From contig DIRJ01000037.1 of NCBI GenBank assembly GCA_002427505.1, forward strand, positions 7,597 to 71,596: a DNA stretch of 64,000 nucleotides. Direction: 5' to 3'. Below the pieces are notes generated by a model, which saw nothing but the letters and a program-made list of their open reading frames with translations, was not told where the DNA came from and made no database searches. The position numbers and the translations under genes are program-made. Of this stretch, positions 9,901 through 19,727 are shown piece after piece. Origin of the DNA: Mageeibacillus sp. UBA5439 (GTDB lineage Bacteria > Bacillota > Clostridia > Saccharofermentanales > DTU023). Each line of letters starts with the position of its first letter. The stretch's first letter is position 1.

Positions 9901-9934
9901 GCAGTTTGTTCGTAAAGAAACAGGAGGAATTGCT

Positions 9935-10195
9935 GTGCCCAATATAAAATCATCAGAAAAACGCGTTCGTTCTAATGAGCGTAAGGCGGAACATAATAAG
10001 AGATTAAGGTCTGAACTTAAAACAGTGGTAAAGAAAGCTATTAACGCTCAGGAACAGGATCTCGTCAATAAGGACGATGTCGTTAAAGAAGCGCAAAAAA
10101 AGCTTGACCATGCAGTAAGCAAAGGCATTATTCATAAGAATACAGCTGCCCGCCGCAAGGCTCGTATTGTACGGACCCAGCCTCTGGCAGACTAG
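9935..10195 (+). CDS. rpsT: 30S ribosomal protein S20
   Basis: GTG start after the SD aggagg (9922-9927). The product VPNIKSSEKRVRSNERKAEHNKRLRSELKT... is typical S20. The track ORF begins 36 nt upstream without an SD. Confidence 0.9.
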   Translation: MPNIKSSEKRVRSNERKAEHNKRLRSELKTVVKKAINAQEQDLVNKDDVVKEAQKKLDHAVSKGIIHKNTAARRKARIVRTQPLAD

Positions 10196-10254
10196 CTATT
10201 TTGCTTTTTTAGTCATCCAAAAATATCTTTGGATGACATGACTTGAAGCGCAAT

Positions 10255-10277
10255 AGACCCTGATGAGGGTCTTTTTT
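10255..10277 (+). terminator. Rho-independent terminator after rpsT
   Basis: Stem agaccc / gggtct followed by a run of 6 T. Confidence 0.5.
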
Positions 10278-10342
10278 GCGTTATTTCCTAAAATTAACAT
10301 GCTATAATTACTTCATGTATTAAGATTGGATGGTAGAAACGA

Positions 10343-11311
10343 ATGAAAATAAGCAAGGGATACATTGTCAGCGGAACACTGCTTGGCTTAGCCCTGTCAT
10401 TAGTTGTCTTTGTCATGGGATACTCACTTGTAATATTAAACAACGTTCAATATAAAAATCCGGGAGTGACAATACCGATCGAAACCAACCTGGAAACAGT
10501 GGAAGCTCCGGATAACATGAAGGAGGGTATGGAAGTACCTGTATTTGATGAAGAAAAAATATGGAATGTTCTTCTGATCGGATCCGACGCCAGGCCGGGT
10601 GACCCCGGTTATGGTCGTTCGGACGCAATGATTCTGATGACGGTGAATGAGAAAACCGGCAAGATACATCTGACATCGCTGATGCGGGCCATTTACGTCA
10701 GCATTCCGAATGAACCGGATCCCCGTTATATAAATAACTACAGTCCCAACTATATGCTGAATGCTGCTCACACCTGGGGCGGTCCTGAATTATTGCTCAA
10801 AACCGTGCAGAGGAATTTTCGTGTTGACGTTCCGCATTATATAGAAGTTGATTTTGAAGGATTTACAGAGGTAATCGATGCTGTTGGCGGGGTTACCATT
10901 AACCTGACGGAAGCGGAAGCTTACCATCTCGGCCTGGCGCCGGGACCTCAGTGGATGAATGGTGCCACTGCCCTTGATTATTCCCGTATCCGTAAAATCG
11001 ACAGTGATTTTAACCGCATGGGCAGGCAGAGGACGGTCATAGCTGCCCTCATCAATCAAATGCGGGACGTAGATGTTGTCACCTTGGCTAAAACGGCCGA
11101 AGCAATTACTCCTTCTCTTACAACTAATTACAGCAAAAGTGAATTGCTTAGCATTATAAGCAAGGCACCCACCTATCAAAAATATGATATGGACGAGTTA
11201 ATGCTGCCTCTGGAGGAGTATAATGCCATGGTTTATATCAACGGCATGGAAATGTATGATATTGATTGGCCGCGTAATATTGATGCCTTACACACAAACA
11301 TGAGGAAATAG
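10343..11311 (+). CDS. LytR-CpsA-Psr (LCP) family cell-wall polymer ligase
   Basis: N-terminal TM anchor and LCP core motifs LLIGSDARPGD...GRSDAMILMTVN. Confidence 0.85.
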   Translation: MKISKGYIVSGTLLGLALSLVVFVMGYSLVILNNVQYKNPGVTIPIETNLETVEAPDNMKEGMEVPVFDEEKIWNVLLIGSDARPGDPGYGRSDAMILMTVNEKTGKIHLTSLMRAIYVSIPNEPDPRYINNYSPNYMLNAAHTWGGPELLLKTVQRNFRVDVPHYIEVDFEGFTEVIDAVGGVTINLTEAEAYHLGLAPGPQWMNGATALDYSRIRKIDSDFNRMGRQRTVIAALINQMRDVDVVTLAKTAEAITPSLTTNYSKSELLSIISKAPTYQKYDMDELMLPLEEYNAMVYINGMEMYDIDWPRNIDALHTNMRK

Positions 11312-11317
11312 TGGCTT

Positions 11318-11827
11318 ATGTTGATTCTTGGGATCGATCCCGGATATGCCATTACAGGTTTTGCTCTGCTGTCATATGCCGATAATCGCTTTAGAACTAT
11401 AGATTATGGTGTGGTGCGTACGGAGGCAGGTACTCCCTTCCCGGAACGTCTGCTGGCGATAGATCAGGCTATCCAGGCTTTGATTAAGAAATATAAACCG
11501 ACCTGCATGGCGATAGAAGAGCTCTTCTTCAGCCGCAACACTACGACAGCCATGGGCACCGCCCATGCGCGGGGAGTGGCTGTAGTTTCCGGCGCCAGGG
11601 CAGGAATTCCTGTCTTTGAATATACACCGATTCAGGTCAAAAAGGCCGTGACGGGATATGGCCGTGCGGATAAAGAGCAGGTCCAGTATATGGTGAGTCA
11701 ACTTTTGAATTTGCGTCAGATACCTCAGCCTGATGACGCGGCAGACGCTTTGGCTGTAGCCATCTGTCATGCGCACTCCGGCGATCGTCCGGACGCTTTA
11801 GCTGTAGGGAATCATTTGTTTGACTAG
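11318..11827 (+). CDS. ruvC: Holliday junction resolvase RuvC
   Basis: MLILGIDPGYAITGFA N-terminus and the RuvC catalytic acidic residue pattern. It lies immediately upstream of ruvA and ruvB. Confidence 0.9.
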   Translation: MLILGIDPGYAITGFALLSYADNRFRTIDYGVVRTEAGTPFPERLLAIDQAIQALIKKYKPTCMAIEELFFSRNTTTAMGTAHARGVAVVSGARAGIPVFEYTPIQVKKAVTGYGRADKEQVQYMVSQLLNLRQIPQPDDAADALAVAICHAHSGDRPDALAVGNHLFD

Positions 11828-11839
11828 AAAGTTAAGGAT

Positions 11840-12448
11840 ATGATAGCTCGAGTTACTGGCAGATTATTGCAGAGAAAAAATGATTCAGTGGTAATTAACC
11901 TGAATGGTCTCGGCCTGCGCATCGAATCTGCACCGCGGATTATTGCACAGTTGCCTGCTGTGGGTGAAGAAGTAACGCTTTATACGCATTTACATGTGAG
12001 AGAAAATGAACTGACTTTATTTGGCTTCAATTTAGAAGAAGAGATGCACCTCTTTTCGCTTCTGATCACGGTTAGCGGAATCGGTCCTAAAATTGCCTTG
12101 CAGATCTTGGAAGTGCAGGATCCCGGAACTTTTGCTCTGGCGGTTTTACAGGGTGATGTTAAAAGCCTAACTCAGGCAAAAGGTATCGGTAAGAAAGGTG
12201 CGGAACGCATTATTCTCGAATTGAAAGACAAGGTGGCCAAAAGTGACTTCGCAGCTGAGGCTGAATTTCCGGCCCAGCCGGATCAGTTTGCCGCCGGCAG
12301 CGCTGTTAATGATGCTGCTAACGCTCTGGTGGTTCTGGGCTATTCGGCTAAAGAAGCTGAAACTGCCATCAGGAGCCTTGCCATTACCGGGGATGATGAT
12401 GTTGAAAGCATCTTGCGCAAAGCACTGCGAAAATTGTCCAAGTGGTAG
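11840..12448 (+). CDS. ruvA: Holliday junction branch migration complex subunit RuvA
   Basis: 202 aa. HhH motifs (VSGIGPKIALQIL, AKGIGKKGAERII) and a C-terminal domain III. Confidence 0.9.
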   Translation: MIARVTGRLLQRKNDSVVINLNGLGLRIESAPRIIAQLPAVGEEVTLYTHLHVRENELTLFGFNLEEEMHLFSLLITVSGIGPKIALQILEVQDPGTFALAVLQGDVKSLTQAKGIGKKGAERIILELKDKVAKSDFAAEAEFPAQPDQFAAGSAVNDAANALVVLGYSAKEAETAIRSLAITGDDDVESILRKALRKLSKW

Positions 12449-12462
12449 ATTGAGGAATTGAT

Positions 12463-13605
12463 ATGTACGAAATTTTCAGTCAGATGGATCAAAACGACGA
12501 TTCTTTTGTCGATGAGCGCCTGCTTTCGCGAAAAACGATCAGCTCCGACGGGAGAGAAGATGGTCTGCGACCAACACATTTCGACGAATATTTCGGTCAG
12601 GAAAAAATCAAGAATAATATAAATGTATCTATTGAAGCGGCCCGGGCCAGAGAAGAAGCTCTGGATCACGTGCTTCTCTACGGTCCGCCCGGACTGGGGA
12701 AAACCACTCTGGCCGGTATCATTGCCCAGGAAATGAATGTCGAAATGCGTATAACATCCGGGCCGGCCATTGAGAGACAGGGTGATCTGGCGGCACTTTT
12801 AACTAATCTTCAGGATAAAGATGTCTTGTTTATAGATGAGATTCATCGACTTAACCGCAGTGTGGAGGAGATTCTTTACCCTGCCATGGAGGATTATGCG
12901 CTGGATCTGATTATCGGCAAAGGTCCTTCCGCACGGTCGGTCCGTTTAGACCTGCCGCATTTCACTTTGGTGGGGGCAACGACTAAGGCAGGATTGCTTT
13001 CTTCACCTTTACGTGACCGCTTTGGCATGGTCTACCGTCTGGACCTGTACAACGAGGACGAGATCGCTCAGATTCTTTTGCGTAATGCCGCCCGGCTGGA
13101 TGTAGGTATCGATGAGGACGGACTCAAACTGCTGTCCAGCAGGTGCCGTGGCACGCCGCGTGTCGCTATCCGTTTGCTGCGCCGCATGCGCGACTTTGCA
13201 CAGGTGCGGGGAGATAACGTAATTAATCGGGAAATTTGTGATCTGGGCCTGAAAGCTCTGGAAGTGGACGAGAGAGGACTCGATTCTACCGACCGCATGC
13301 TGATGCTCACCATGGCTACGATGTACAATGGGGGTCCGGTGGGTCTTGACACGATGGCTGCGGTAACTGGTGAGGACTCCACAACGATAGAAGATATTTA
13401 CGAGCCTTATCTGATGCAATTGGGCTTTTTAATCAAAACCCCGCGGGGACGTGTTTTGACGCAACAGGGTTTTGCCCATCTGAACCTGGAGTATCCGAAG
13501 AATGGCGTCATGCAGGCCAATGGCAAGCAAGTCAGTTTGCAGGATCTGATGAAGTGGGAATCCACTGAAGAAAAGGAAGAAGAAGATGTCAGAGACGACG
13601 CGTAA
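12463..13605 (+). CDS. ruvB: Holliday junction branch migration ATPase RuvB
   Basis: Walker [12 protein letters not shown], Walker [10 protein letters not shown] and a sensor region. At 380 aa it has extra N- and C-terminal tails compared with the usual ~335 aa. Confidence 0.93.
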   Translation: MYEIFSQMDQNDDSFVDERLLSRKTISSDGREDGLRPTHFDEYFGQEKIKNNINVSIEAARAREEALDHVLLYGPPGLGKTTLAGIIAQEMNVEMRITSGPAIERQGDLAALLTNLQDKDVLFIDEIHRLNRSVEEILYPAMEDYALDLIIGKGPSARSVRLDLPHFTLVGATTKAGLLSSPLRDRFGMVYRLDLYNEDEIAQILLRNAARLDVGIDEDGLKLLSSRCRGTPRVAIRLLRRMRDFAQVRGDNVINREICDLGLKALEVDERGLDSTDRMLMLTMATMYNGGPVGLDTMAAVTGEDSTTIEDIYEPYLMQLGFLIKTPRGRVLTQQGFAHLNLEYPKNGVMQANGKQVSLQDLMKWESTEEKEEEDVRDDA

Positions 13606-14161
13606 TAAACTATTGCTTCATATTTGCTGCGGACCCTGTTCGATGGCTCCGCTGGAACTATTGCTGGCGGCAGAGCGTGACTGCGAGCTTTTTTTCTTCA
13701 ATCCGAATATTCATCCAGCTGTAGAATGGCAGCGCCGCCTTGAAAATGCGGTTACAGCTGCAGAGCATTATGATGTCTTGCTGCACATTTATCCCGGAAG
13801 TGACGAGGCAGCCTGGCGCAAACGGGCCGGAGACGGAAAAGAACGCTGTGCATTCTGTTACAGGACACGTCTCATGCAAACGGCGGAATTTGCAGCTAAC
13901 CATGGTTTTGACAGCATCAGCAGCAGCCTTTTGGTCAGCCCATATCAGGACAGGGACAGCATTATTGAGGCCGGTGAAGCCGCCGCCGCTGCATATGGTC
14001 TTGAGTTTGAAGCTCATGACTGGCGGGAACAATACAGGCATGGACAGGAACTGGCGCGGCAGCTGGGTCTTTACCGCCAAAAATACTGCGGCTGTATAGT
14101 ATCTCTGGAAGCTTCCAAATATTATGAGAAAATCTGTGCCGAACACGCGAGGCTGATCTGA
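13586..14161 (+). CDS. queH: Epoxyqueuosine reductase QueH (DUF208)
   Basis: [12 protein letters not shown]-terminal cysteine motif and C-terminal YCGC motif. It overlaps the ruvB 3' end by 20 nt. Confidence 0.85.
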   Translation: MSETTRNKLLLHICCGPCSMAPLELLLAAERDCELFFFNPNIHPAVEWQRRLENAVTAAEHYDVLLHIYPGSDEAAWRKRAGDGKERCAFCYRTRLMQTAEFAANHGFDSISSSLLVSPYQDRDSIIEAGEAAAAAYGLEFEAHDWREQYRHGQELARQLGLYRQKYCGCIVSLEASKYYEKICAEHARLI

Positions 14162-14174
14162 CCGGGAAAATTCT

Positions 14175-16043
14175 CTATTTTGCTTTTTCCAGAATAGCCG
14201 GGTCGAGCGGGTTGACAAGAATTGTTTGAAAATTGTCGTAGATCACCTGACCGGGTTTGGTTCCACCCGGTTTTCGGACGTGTCGCGCCTCACAGTAATC
14301 TACTGAGCTGCTGGCTCCTCCGGCACGATTAGTTCCTGCATACCAGGCAGCAAGACCGGCTGCTTCCAGAATTGTCTGTTCAGGAACTTTTTGACCCTCA
14401 GCCATGATGACAACATGGGCACCGGGGGCATTTTTTATGTGAAACCAGAGATCATCCTTACGAGCCTGACGCAAAGTGATGCGATCATTTTGTTTGTTAT
14501 TCCTGCCAACAACTATCTTTAAATTATCGCTTGATAAAAAATGACGTGGCGGCAGCTCATGCTTGCTGCCTTTTTCTGTCTGCTTATTTACCTTCCGGGA
14601 CTGTTTATATTGTCCGGACCGGCGGCGCTTGCTGGCCGGTCTGCCGGGCTCCTGCCGCAGCTCTCCGTCTGTCAGCTTCTGTTGTATCCGCTGAGGCTCT
14701 TCTGCAGACAGCTCATCTTCAATTGCCAGCAGGTCATCAAAATCAGAAGCGCAGTTGAGACTGATTTTGATCGATTCCAGATAGGCCAGCTGAGCCGCAT
14801 CCTGGGCCAGCAGTTTCTCTGCCTGTCCCAGACGCCGCTTATTGCGGGCGTATTTTTTAAAATAGCGGTTGGCATTGTCCGCAGCTGAATAGCGCGGATC
14901 AAGTTCAATTTCAATTTCCCTGTTTTCATCATAATAGTTCTGTAGGATGACACTACTGCGTGCATCTTTGATCGCATGCAGGTTGCTCAGCAGCAGCTCG
15001 CCGTAAAGTTTATGCTGTTCGGCTTCACGGCCTCTGGCCCTGTCCTCCTCATGCAGCTCGCGTTTATGCACTGCCTTTCTTATTTTCTCATCCAGACTGC
15101 CGGCTAAACTATGTTTTTTTGTCTGGAAATTTCTGACAGTTCGGCTGTGAGTGAAATAATCGCTGACGGCTGCAAGCGTTGAAGCAGAAGTTTCAAAGTA
15201 GGGGAGATGAGTTAGGCGGATACTGTGGACATCAATTAAACGCCGCTCTGAATTGACAGAGGAATCGTCATAGTAGAGGGCCGGGAAGACTGCTTCCTCA
15301 TTGATTTCCTGACAGATAGCGAGCAGAGCCCGGCGCAGACTGTCTTTCTCCTCCTGACGCAAATCTGCGTAAAGACGTTCACTCTCCAGACCGGCACGAA
15401 AGGCAGTTTCACGTCCAAGAACGGGCGAGAAGCCGGCAATATTTTTATAGACAGCCTGAGCCAGATCGTCATTGGCTTTTTGCCGGCAAAAGATTTCCTC
15501 TGCAGACAGCTCGTACAGTTCATCAGGCCGCAATTTATTCTGAGGCGGCGGCGCCACGTAGGGGTGGGCCGGCAAGATTTCGCGGTAGCGGTTCACCGAG
15601 TGATCAACATGCCGCAAAGCTGTATGGATAACACCGCTGCGATTTACGAGTATGATGTTACCGACGCGATTCATAAATTCAATGATCAGACTTTTCTCAG
15701 TCAGATCACCAAGATCATTAATTGTTTCAAAGCTGAAATTGAGGATGCGTTCATAAGCCGGTGCATCTACTTTAGTGAGTCTGGCACCCAACAAGTATTT
15801 ACGCAGGGTTAGGACGAAAGCCGGCGGAGGGTTCAGACTTTTCAGCTTCAGATTTTCTCCAAAATGAAGTTCCGGCAGGGAGGGGTTCATGCCCAGAAGC
15901 AGCTGCGATTTTTGCCCGCGATTGTAGAAAGAGAGTACAACTGTATGACGGTCACTCATGATAATGCGCTCCAGCTTAGCTCCTGCCAGTTCGCGATTCA
16001 GCTCTTTGTGTATATTTTTCATTACAATCCCATCAACGGGCAT
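14175..16043 (-). CDS. rqcH: Ribosome quality-control factor RqcH (NFACT / FbpA family)
   Basis: NFACT-N start MPVDGIVMKNIHKEL, a central coiled coil and an NFACT-R region (WFHIKNAPGAHVV). Start chosen at 16043, after the SD gaggaagg. The track ORF extends 99 nt further upstream. Confidence 0.85.
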   Translation of the reverse strand: MPVDGIVMKNIHKELNRELAGAKLERIIMSDRHTVVLSFYNRGQKSQLLLGMNPSLPELHFGENLKLKSLNPPPAFVLTLRKYLLGARLTKVDAPAYERILNFSFETINDLGDLTEKSLIIEFMNRVGNIILVNRSGVIHTALRHVDHSVNRYREILPAHPYVAPPPQNKLRPDELYELSAEEIFCRQKANDDLAQAVYKNIAGFSPVLGRETAFRAGLESERLYADLRQEEKDSLRRALLAICQEINEEAVFPALYYDDSSVNSERRLIDVHSIRLTHLPYFETSASTLAAVSDYFTHSRTVRNFQTKKHSLAGSLDEKIRKAVHKRELHEEDRARGREAEQHKLYGELLLSNLHAIKDARSSVILQNYYDENREIEIELDPRYSAADNANRYFKKYARNKRRLGQAEKLLAQDAAQLAYLESIKISLNCASDFDDLLAIEDELSAEEPQRIQQKLTDGELRQEPGRPASKRRRSGQYKQSRKVNKQTEKGSKHELPPRHFLSSDNLKIVVGRNNKQNDRITLRQARKDDLWFHIKNAPGAHVVIMAEGQKVPEQTILEAAGLAAWYAGTNRAGGASSSVDYCEARHVRKPGGTKPGQVIYDNFQTILVNPLDPAILEKAK

Positions 16044-16111
16044 ATAAAAACCTTCCTCTCTGAAAAACGATGCATTTAAGTGTATCATGAATAAACTTAG
16101 GAGCGAGAACA

Positions 16112-16357
16112 ATGGCGAGTAAATCCAAAACAAAAAAAACACAGACCAGGAACGAGGGTAAGGAACGTTTTAAATCATTCATGCGCACTCCGGCGGGGAT
16201 CTGGATTGCCGGGATTCTATCAGTTGCCTTCCTTCTGACTCTCAACACTCTGATAGCCGGTAACAGTTTGGACACCTTTCTTGGTCTTACTGCATTTGCA
16301 ATTATTGCTGCAACCGTTGTCATCTGGGTAATACTGCTGCGTCGCCGCAGCAAATAA
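16112..16357 (+). CDS. Small two-TM membrane protein, hypothetical
   Basis: 81 aa. The SD aggag lies 8 nt upstream. Lys-rich N-terminus followed by two hydrophobic helices. Confidence 0.5.
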   Translation: MASKSKTKKTQTRNEGKERFKSFMRTPAGIWIAGILSVAFLLTLNTLIAGNSLDTFLGLTAFAIIAATVVIWVILLRRRSK

Positions 16358-16358
16358 A

Positions 16359-16384
16359 GAAGCATACGCAGACGCGTATGCTTC
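16359..16384. terminator. Shared hairpin between convergent genes (11-bp stem, 4-nt loop)
   Basis: gaagcatacgc / gcgtatgcttc. A T-rich tract follows only on the minus strand (tttatttg), so it fits a terminator for the prs-like operon. Confidence 0.45.
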
Positions 16385-16433
16385 CCGGTCAATACTATTT
16401 AGCGTTTGGGTGTATCTGCTACGCTTCCTTCTG

Positions 16434-17657
16434 TTAACAGCCTGCCTTACTACGTTTATCCAGTAGTGTGCTGATCTTCGCAGTCGGATCGATCAGAGTG
16501 GAAATGGATGCGTTGTGATTCATGGCATCAATAAGCAGGGCCACGAATTTTGCCATATTAACGTCAATATACCAGGGAGCTGCCAGCAGCTCGGGCGAGC
16601 GGTAGATCAGGTTAGTGCAGAGTACATTATTGATAACACCGTCTTTGTGGGCCCGGTCAAATTCTTCCAGACCATCAGTGAACAGACCGAAGGTGGCAAT
16701 GCAGAAAATCTTGTTGGCTCCGCGCTCCTTCAGCTTGCGCGCCAATTCGATCATAGATTCACCGGAGGAAATCATATCATCAATAACCAGAAGATCCTTG
16801 CCTTCTACAGAATCGCCCAGGAATTCGTGCGCGATAATAGGGTTGCGTCCATTCTTCATCACAGTATAATCGCGGCGTTTATAGAAAGTTCCCAGCGGCA
16901 GACCCAGTATAGATGCATAGTACATGGAGCGGTATATTGCGCCTTCATCGGGAGAAACAACCATGGTGTGTTCAGGAGTAATCGTGAAATCAGGCAATTT
17001 GTTGAACAGGGCTTTTAGTACCTGGTAGGTAATCGGCACATTTTCAAAGCCACTGGTAGGAGCTGCGTTGGCGACCCGATCATCATGGGCATCAAAGGTG
17101 ATGAAATTGCTTACGCCCAGATTGGTCAACTCGATCAACATGTTGGCGCAGTCCAGTGATTCACGGGCATTACGGCGGTGCTGACGGCCCTCATAGAGAT
17201 AAGGCATGATCACGTTTATGCGTCTGGCCTTGCCCGAGGCCGCAAGAATGACACGTTTCAGGTCCTGATAATGATCATCAGGGCTCATGTGGTTGCTGAT
17301 GCCACGGAGATTATAGGTAACAGTGTAATTTGTTACATCACAGAGCAGATAGAGATCGTGCCCTCTGATGGTGCTATCAATAACAGCCTTGCCTTCACCT
17401 GAAGAAAAACGAAAAGTATTAACCGGAATATGATAATCGTCTCTCAGAAAGCCGATGTTCCCTTCTGCTTCAGGAGCCGCCTCCACATATTCAGCACGAC
17501 GTTTAACCAGGTAACCATTAACCAGATTGGAAAAATCGCGCGCGCCTTTCAGACCGATGAGTCCGATCGGGCCAAGGGCCGGCATCGGGTTATTGCCGTA
17601 CTGGTCGTATTTGTAGTAATTCTTATCATTGCGAGGCCCGAGTTTGTTTAGATTCAT
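16434..17657 (-). CDS. Long-form ribose-phosphate pyrophosphokinase (PRPP synthetase) homolog, catalytic motifs retained
   Basis: Aligns by eye to B. subtilis Prs: RFSSGEGKAVI, PYLYEGRQHRRNARESL, TFDAHD, VSPDEGA, YKRRD and VIDDMISSGES. ATG at 17657 preferred (SD gaagggtg); the track ORF starts at a GTG at 17666. Confidence 0.8.
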   Translation of the reverse strand: MNLNKLGPRNDKNYYKYDQYGNNPMPALGPIGLIGLKGARDFSNLVNGYLVKRRAEYVEAAPEAEGNIGFLRDDYHIPVNTFRFSSGEGKAVIDSTIRGHDLYLLCDVTNYTVTYNLRGISNHMSPDDHYQDLKRVILAASGKARRINVIMPYLYEGRQHRRNARESLDCANMLIELTNLGVSNFITFDAHDDRVANAAPTSGFENVPITYQVLKALFNKLPDFTITPEHTMVVSPDEGAIYRSMYYASILGLPLGTFYKRRDYTVMKNGRNPIIAHEFLGDSVEGKDLLVIDDMISSGESMIELARKLKERGANKIFCIATFGLFTDGLEEFDRAHKDGVINNVLCTNLIYRSPELLAAPWYIDVNMAKFVALLIDAMNHNASISTLIDPTAKISTLLDKRSKAGC

Positions 17658-17697
17658 TTTATGCACCCTTCTCTATATAAAACTTTTATAGCTTCGT

Positions 17698-18960
17698 TTA
17701 TATGTCGTAAAAAGATAATTGTCGCTCGTCTGCCACGGTCTCTGATCTTTGGCACATTTCTTTGTGATTTCTAATCAGGGACTTGATTTTGTCTGCCGGC
17801 GCCATGAGCTGCGACAGGGAGGCATCATGATTAAGCGCATTGATCAGTTGAGCCATATCATCAGCCATCGGTACCGGAGTGTACCAGGGGGCTGATACTA
17901 CAGTGGGGGGGAGATAAGACAAGTCAGTCGAAAAAATCCGTTCAATGATTCCGCTGGCCCAGGCTTGATGCATGCGGGAGGTTCCATCGGTGAATTGGGC
18001 AAAAGAGGTAAAGCAGAAGACACGCTTTGCACCCTGAGCTTTAAGATATGAGGCACATTCGATCAAGCCGTCTCCATTATCCAACAAGTCACCGATCATC
18101 AGTATGTCCTTGCCTGCCACTGAATCTCCCAGGTAAGCCAGTGTCTGATGCTCATGTCTGATTCCGTCAACAATGTCAAAACTATGTTTTGTGTGGAAAA
18201 TTCCCAGCTGCAGCTGCATAGTAGAAGCATAAAAGATGGAGCGGTTAATGTTTACTTCATTCGGGGCTACAATCATCATTTTAGACGGGTCCACAACCAG
18301 GTCTGAACATGTCTGCAAGATAGTCCGCAGACACTGAAAAGATGTGGGGAAAGATTCAAAATTGTCATAAGGAACTGCGTTGGCAACACGGCTGTCCGGG
18401 GCATCGAAGGTGATGAAATTATCTATTCCCAGGCTGAATAGTTGTTGCAGCATCTCACCGCAGTCCAGTGATTCCCGGCGGCCACGACGGAAGCGTCTGC
18501 CCTGGTACAGGTAGGGCATGATGACATTTATACGTGAGGCGGAATCCCTGGTTGCTACAATTAGTCTGGTCAAATCGTTATAGTGTTCATCCGGACTCAT
18601 GGTTACCGGACTGCTGTAACGTTCATAAGTTTTGCCGTGATAAAGAACATCTGTCAGTATATAAAGATCATGTCCTCGCACTGTATCCCACACTACAGCC
18701 TTGCCTTCTCCCGACTTAAAACGCGAGAGGTTCACATCAACTCGATAGTCATCACGCAAATAGCCTGTAAATTCAGTGATGTCCGGAGCTAACTCTGCGT
18801 AAGCCTCGCGTCGGAGCCGCAACTGACGATTGATACGTTCAGCCAGGTGATCTTCTATCTGGGCGCTTATAATAGCAATAGGACCGAGCGGGTCAAGCAT
18901 TGTATCATCTTTTAAGATGTTTCTGGGTGAGACACCTGCCGGAAACTGTAGTTCATTCAT
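17698..18960 (-). CDS. PRPP-synthetase paralog with degenerate active-site motifs (probable non-catalytic subunit)
   Basis: Same fold and length as the downstream copy. DLH-type His is replaced (TFDAPD), the KRR loop reads HTKHS, and the PRPP loop reads MIGDLLDNGDG. Strong SD ggaggg. Confidence 0.75.
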   Translation of the reverse strand: MNELQFPAGVSPRNILKDDTMLDPLGPIAIISAQIEDHLAERINRQLRLRREAYAELAPDITEFTGYLRDDYRVDVNLSRFKSGEGKAVVWDTVRGHDLYILTDVLYHGKTYERYSSPVTMSPDEHYNDLTRLIVATRDSASRINVIMPYLYQGRRFRRGRRESLDCGEMLQQLFSLGIDNFITFDAPDSRVANAVPYDNFESFPTSFQCLRTILQTCSDLVVDPSKMMIVAPNEVNINRSIFYASTMQLQLGIFHTKHSFDIVDGIRHEHQTLAYLGDSVAGKDILMIGDLLDNGDGLIECASYLKAQGAKRVFCFTSFAQFTDGTSRMHQAWASGIIERIFSTDLSYLPPTVVSAPWYTPVPMADDMAQLINALNHDASLSQLMAPADKIKSLIRNHKEMCQRSETVADERQLSFYDI

Positions 18961-19022
18961 ATAAGTCCCTCCATACGTGTATGATTATAGCAGAGTAATA
19001 TTGATGAATAAAGGAGAAAAGT

Positions 19023-19646
19023 ATGTCAGTAGAGTTCAATAAGGTTGAATTAACGGCTGTAGCTGCGCAAACAGAGCAGTTTCCACAGCGTCCACTGCCC
19101 GAAGTCATTATGGTAGGCCGCTCCAATGTAGGAAAATCCACCCTGTTGAATGCCCTTTGCCGCAATAAAAACCTGGCTCGCACCAGCCAGACTCCGGGTA
19201 AAACTCAACTGGTATTCTTTTTTACAGTTGATGACAGCTTTTACCTGGTTGATTTGCCCGGATATGGTTTTGCACAGACTTCCCGCAAGCAGGAAGAGCA
19301 GTTTGCTCGTGTCAGCGACCAATATTTCAGCCAGGAAAGACAACGCGCTGCAGTCTTGCTCTTACTGGATATCCGGCGGGGCTTTGGAGATCTTGATCTG
19401 CAAATGGTAGATTTCCTCGATTATTATCATATTCCCTGGCAGATTGTGCTGACCAAAGCGGATAAATTATCAAGATCAAAGCAAAACGACGCCCGCTTCA
19501 AGATTATAGGCGAACTGAAAAAAAGAAGTGAAGCACTGGGAGAAGCGAGTTTTCACTTCAGCAGCCCGATCATGGTGGCCGCCAACCAGGCCAATGATCC
19601 CGGAACGGAAGAGTTGCGGCGTTTTATTGGATCAATTGTGCGATAA
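19023..19646 (+). CDS. engB: Ribosome biogenesis GTPase EngB/YsxC/YihA
   Basis: G1 GRSNVGKSTLLNAL, G3 DLPGYG and G4 TKADK. Confidence 0.9.
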   Translation: MSVEFNKVELTAVAAQTEQFPQRPLPEVIMVGRSNVGKSTLLNALCRNKNLARTSQTPGKTQLVFFFTVDDSFYLVDLPGYGFAQTSRKQEEQFARVSDQYFSQERQRAAVLLLLDIRRGFGDLDLQMVDFLDYYHIPWQIVLTKADKLSRSKQNDARFKIIGELKKRSEALGEASFHFSSPIMVAANQANDPGTEELRRFIGSIVR

Positions 19647-19727
19647 AAAATAAAGTTTGACCGGCTATGTCTGTTAACTGCAGATTAATTTGCAGGAGCG
19701 GATGAAACTTTTCCTTATAATCTCTGC

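Noticed and set aside
10212-10237. 10-bp hairpin gtcatccaaa / tttggatgac just after rpsT
   Set aside because: No T-run follows on the plus strand. The better terminator is the next hairpin, at 10255-10277.
13658-14218. 186-aa minus-strand ORF over queH
   Set aside because: It is antisense to queH, whose cysteine motifs are unambiguous. It would also collide with the rqcH 3' end.
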